Shown here: positions 62,113 through 64,000 of the stretch, piece after piece
How the letters are laid out: each line of letters opens with the position of its first letter
Numbering within the stretch: position 1 is the first letter of the stretch
Assembly: GCF_018977255.1 (NCBI RefSeq)
Contig: NW_024704742.1
Location: 137,578,001-137,642,000 of the forward strand
DNA from: Callorhinchus milii
Lineage: Eukaryota
Length of the DNA: 64,000 nucleotides
Direction: 5' to 3'
Made by a program: the position numbers and the translations under genes
Notes under the pieces: model-generated
Seen by the model: only the letters and a program-made list of their open reading frames with translations
The model's database searches: none
Told to the model about the DNA's origin: nothing

Positions 62113-62162
62113 ATTCAAGACGTCTCCATCCTGAGGCCAAGAAAAGAAGGAGCTCTGTATAG
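62113..62162 (+). CDS. Gene C terminal exon (DSRRLHPEAKKRRSSV*)
   Basis: Acceptor ttctttttcttcactcatAG, phase 1, TAG at 62160-62162. Followed by a unique 3'UTR with AATAAA near 62833. Confidence 0.65.
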
Positions 62163-63684
62163 TTCCCGCTCTCTCACCTGTGCCTGTCTCCAGTGGCCAT
62201 GAAAGTGTCTCGTACAAGATCACAAGAGCTTGAAGTCAGGCAGAGCTTCTGATGATCGAGACCTTTTGGCCTATAAGATCTCATCCTTGCAGTAAGCGCC
62301 AGCCTGCAGTCCTCCCATTATAGCATTGAGCTGCTTCGACGACGTTCACAGTCACCTCCTCTGTCCCCCCGGCTTGGCAACAGGCTACGCCACTATGAAG
62401 CATTCCGAGACGCTGCCCCATGTGAAGGGCGCTGAATAAATGCACTGTTGCTGTTAGGTTGAAGGTTATGACCTCCAGCAGCCACTCATGTCAAAGCCTT
62501 CCATGTTCTAAATAGCTGTGTTTGAAAAGATGACTTCTTTCCTCTGTTCCAATCGTTGCAGTGAGAATCCTGATCTCACCGTTCTTCTCACCCACTGTGA
62601 AACGCTCAGTGTATTCAGGGGTTGTGCTCATCCCGTGCCTTCAACTTCACACATCTCATCAACTCCTCGCGGCTTCCTGGAATCTCATCCTTTCCAATGG
62701 GTTGTTGGAACCTCCAACCTCCAACCTTGAAGAACATCGTTGATTCCAAGACATTGAATGGGACTCTCTCATGAACTCCTTTTGCTACTAAACCTGTGCT
62801 CCTTAGTAAATATTCTGTTTTCCAAATGACTGAATAAAATACTTGTGAAGGTATCACTCAGTCGTGTGGGTTAGTGTGTCTGCAGGCGGGTGAATCTGTG
62901 GTACAATAATCGAGTCCTGTAGCTTAGTGGTCCTGTAGCTTTGAGCTCTGGCCTCGCAAGTGAGAGGATCTGGGTTCAATTCCCGGACAGGGTGAAATGA
63001 TCGGTAGTTTCCTGACTTCACACGCCTCTGTTTAAGTTGATCGCTTTTCCGGAAGGTAATAATCCCTTAAAAAAAGTTGTTCACTCAATCCACGACTGGC
63101 ACTGATGTGTTCAATTCGCTGCCGCATTTTGCCGACAAAATATAGAGGCAATGCACCTGACAGTATATTCTGTGAAGCGATTTCAGACGTCTCAAAGACG
63201 TGATAATGCGCTATATCCAGGGAAGGATTATTACAATACAAAATGACAATACAACATTAGATTGTATAGCGCTGTACGTTTCCTCCACGTGCCTTTGTTT
63301 ACCTATCAGACAGTGGGAACTAAACAGGTCAGTCGATCGCTTTTAGTGTAATACTCTCTTCAAAGAAATTGTTTTTAAAGTAATTTGGTCACTTTGTTTG
63401 TGGGACACTGCTGTATGCAATTAGCAGCTGCATTTCTCCTTAAAAATACCCAGTCAATGCATTTTACAGTATACTCTGTGAAGCGCTATGAGACGTCTCA
63501 AAGATGTGACAACGCATTGTATCAATTGTAAGATTTATTACAAAGAAAATGACAATACAACTTTAGATTTGTATAGCGCCGTTCACATTGGGAGGATATC
63601 CCAAGAGGTTGGACAGTCAGGCATTTAGATCCGTGCAGGAGAGTTGTTGGGATCAGGGATGGCGGAGGGCAAGGAGGGTCGGAG

Positions 63685-64000
63685 TGACAAACTGACAAAT
63701 GACGCTCTGTCTATCTGGGACCAGGGCTCCCTCTGTCTACTCGTCCTCCTTGACCTCTCTGCTGCCTTCGACACCATCGACCACTCTACCCTCCTCCACT
63801 GCCTCCTCTCACCTCAACGTTCATGGCTCTGTCCTTGACTGGTTCAGATCGTACCTCTCACACCGCCTCCACTTCATCTCCACAAACGGCTTCTCCTCTG
63901 GGATCCCCACCGTCTCGTGCAGTGTTTCTCAGGGCTCTGTCCTTGGTTCCCTCCTCTTCAATATCTATATGCCCCCTCTCGGTGACATCATCCGCAGACA
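63685..64000 (+). mobile_element. L2 LINE RT fragment running off the window
   Basis: [24 protein letters not shown]...QGSVLGSLLFNIY. Confidence 0.8.

Overview
Vertebrate genomic DNA, most likely from a cartilaginous fish (inferred from L2 and CR1 LINEs and DeuSINE/SacSINE1-like tRNA-derived SINEs). There are no prokaryotic features and no CRISPR array. Beneath dense repeats lies a tandem cluster of Ig-superfamily receptor genes resembling Siglec-15, with some PILR-like motifs. Gene A (+, 10856-15937) has leader-V1(truncated)-V2-C2/TM(Lys) and is disrupted. Gene B (-, 33010-21537) has leader-V(Arg)-C2/TM(neutral)-tail and appears intact, about 335 aa by my exon assembly. Gene C (+, 49217-62162) has leader-V1-V2-C2/TM(Lys)-short tail and is intact except for a 1-nt deletion in the leader. 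Orphan 3' ends at about 2.2-3.4, 36.5 and 38.9 kb (the last right after an assembly gap) imply more copies. Also present: an intronless 3' fragment of AP4M1, a tail-to-tail inverted pair of young L2 elements inside intron 1 of gene C, and several minisatellites. Exon boundaries were derived by hand from GT/AG sites and codon phase. No database search was run, so family assignments rest on recalled motifs.
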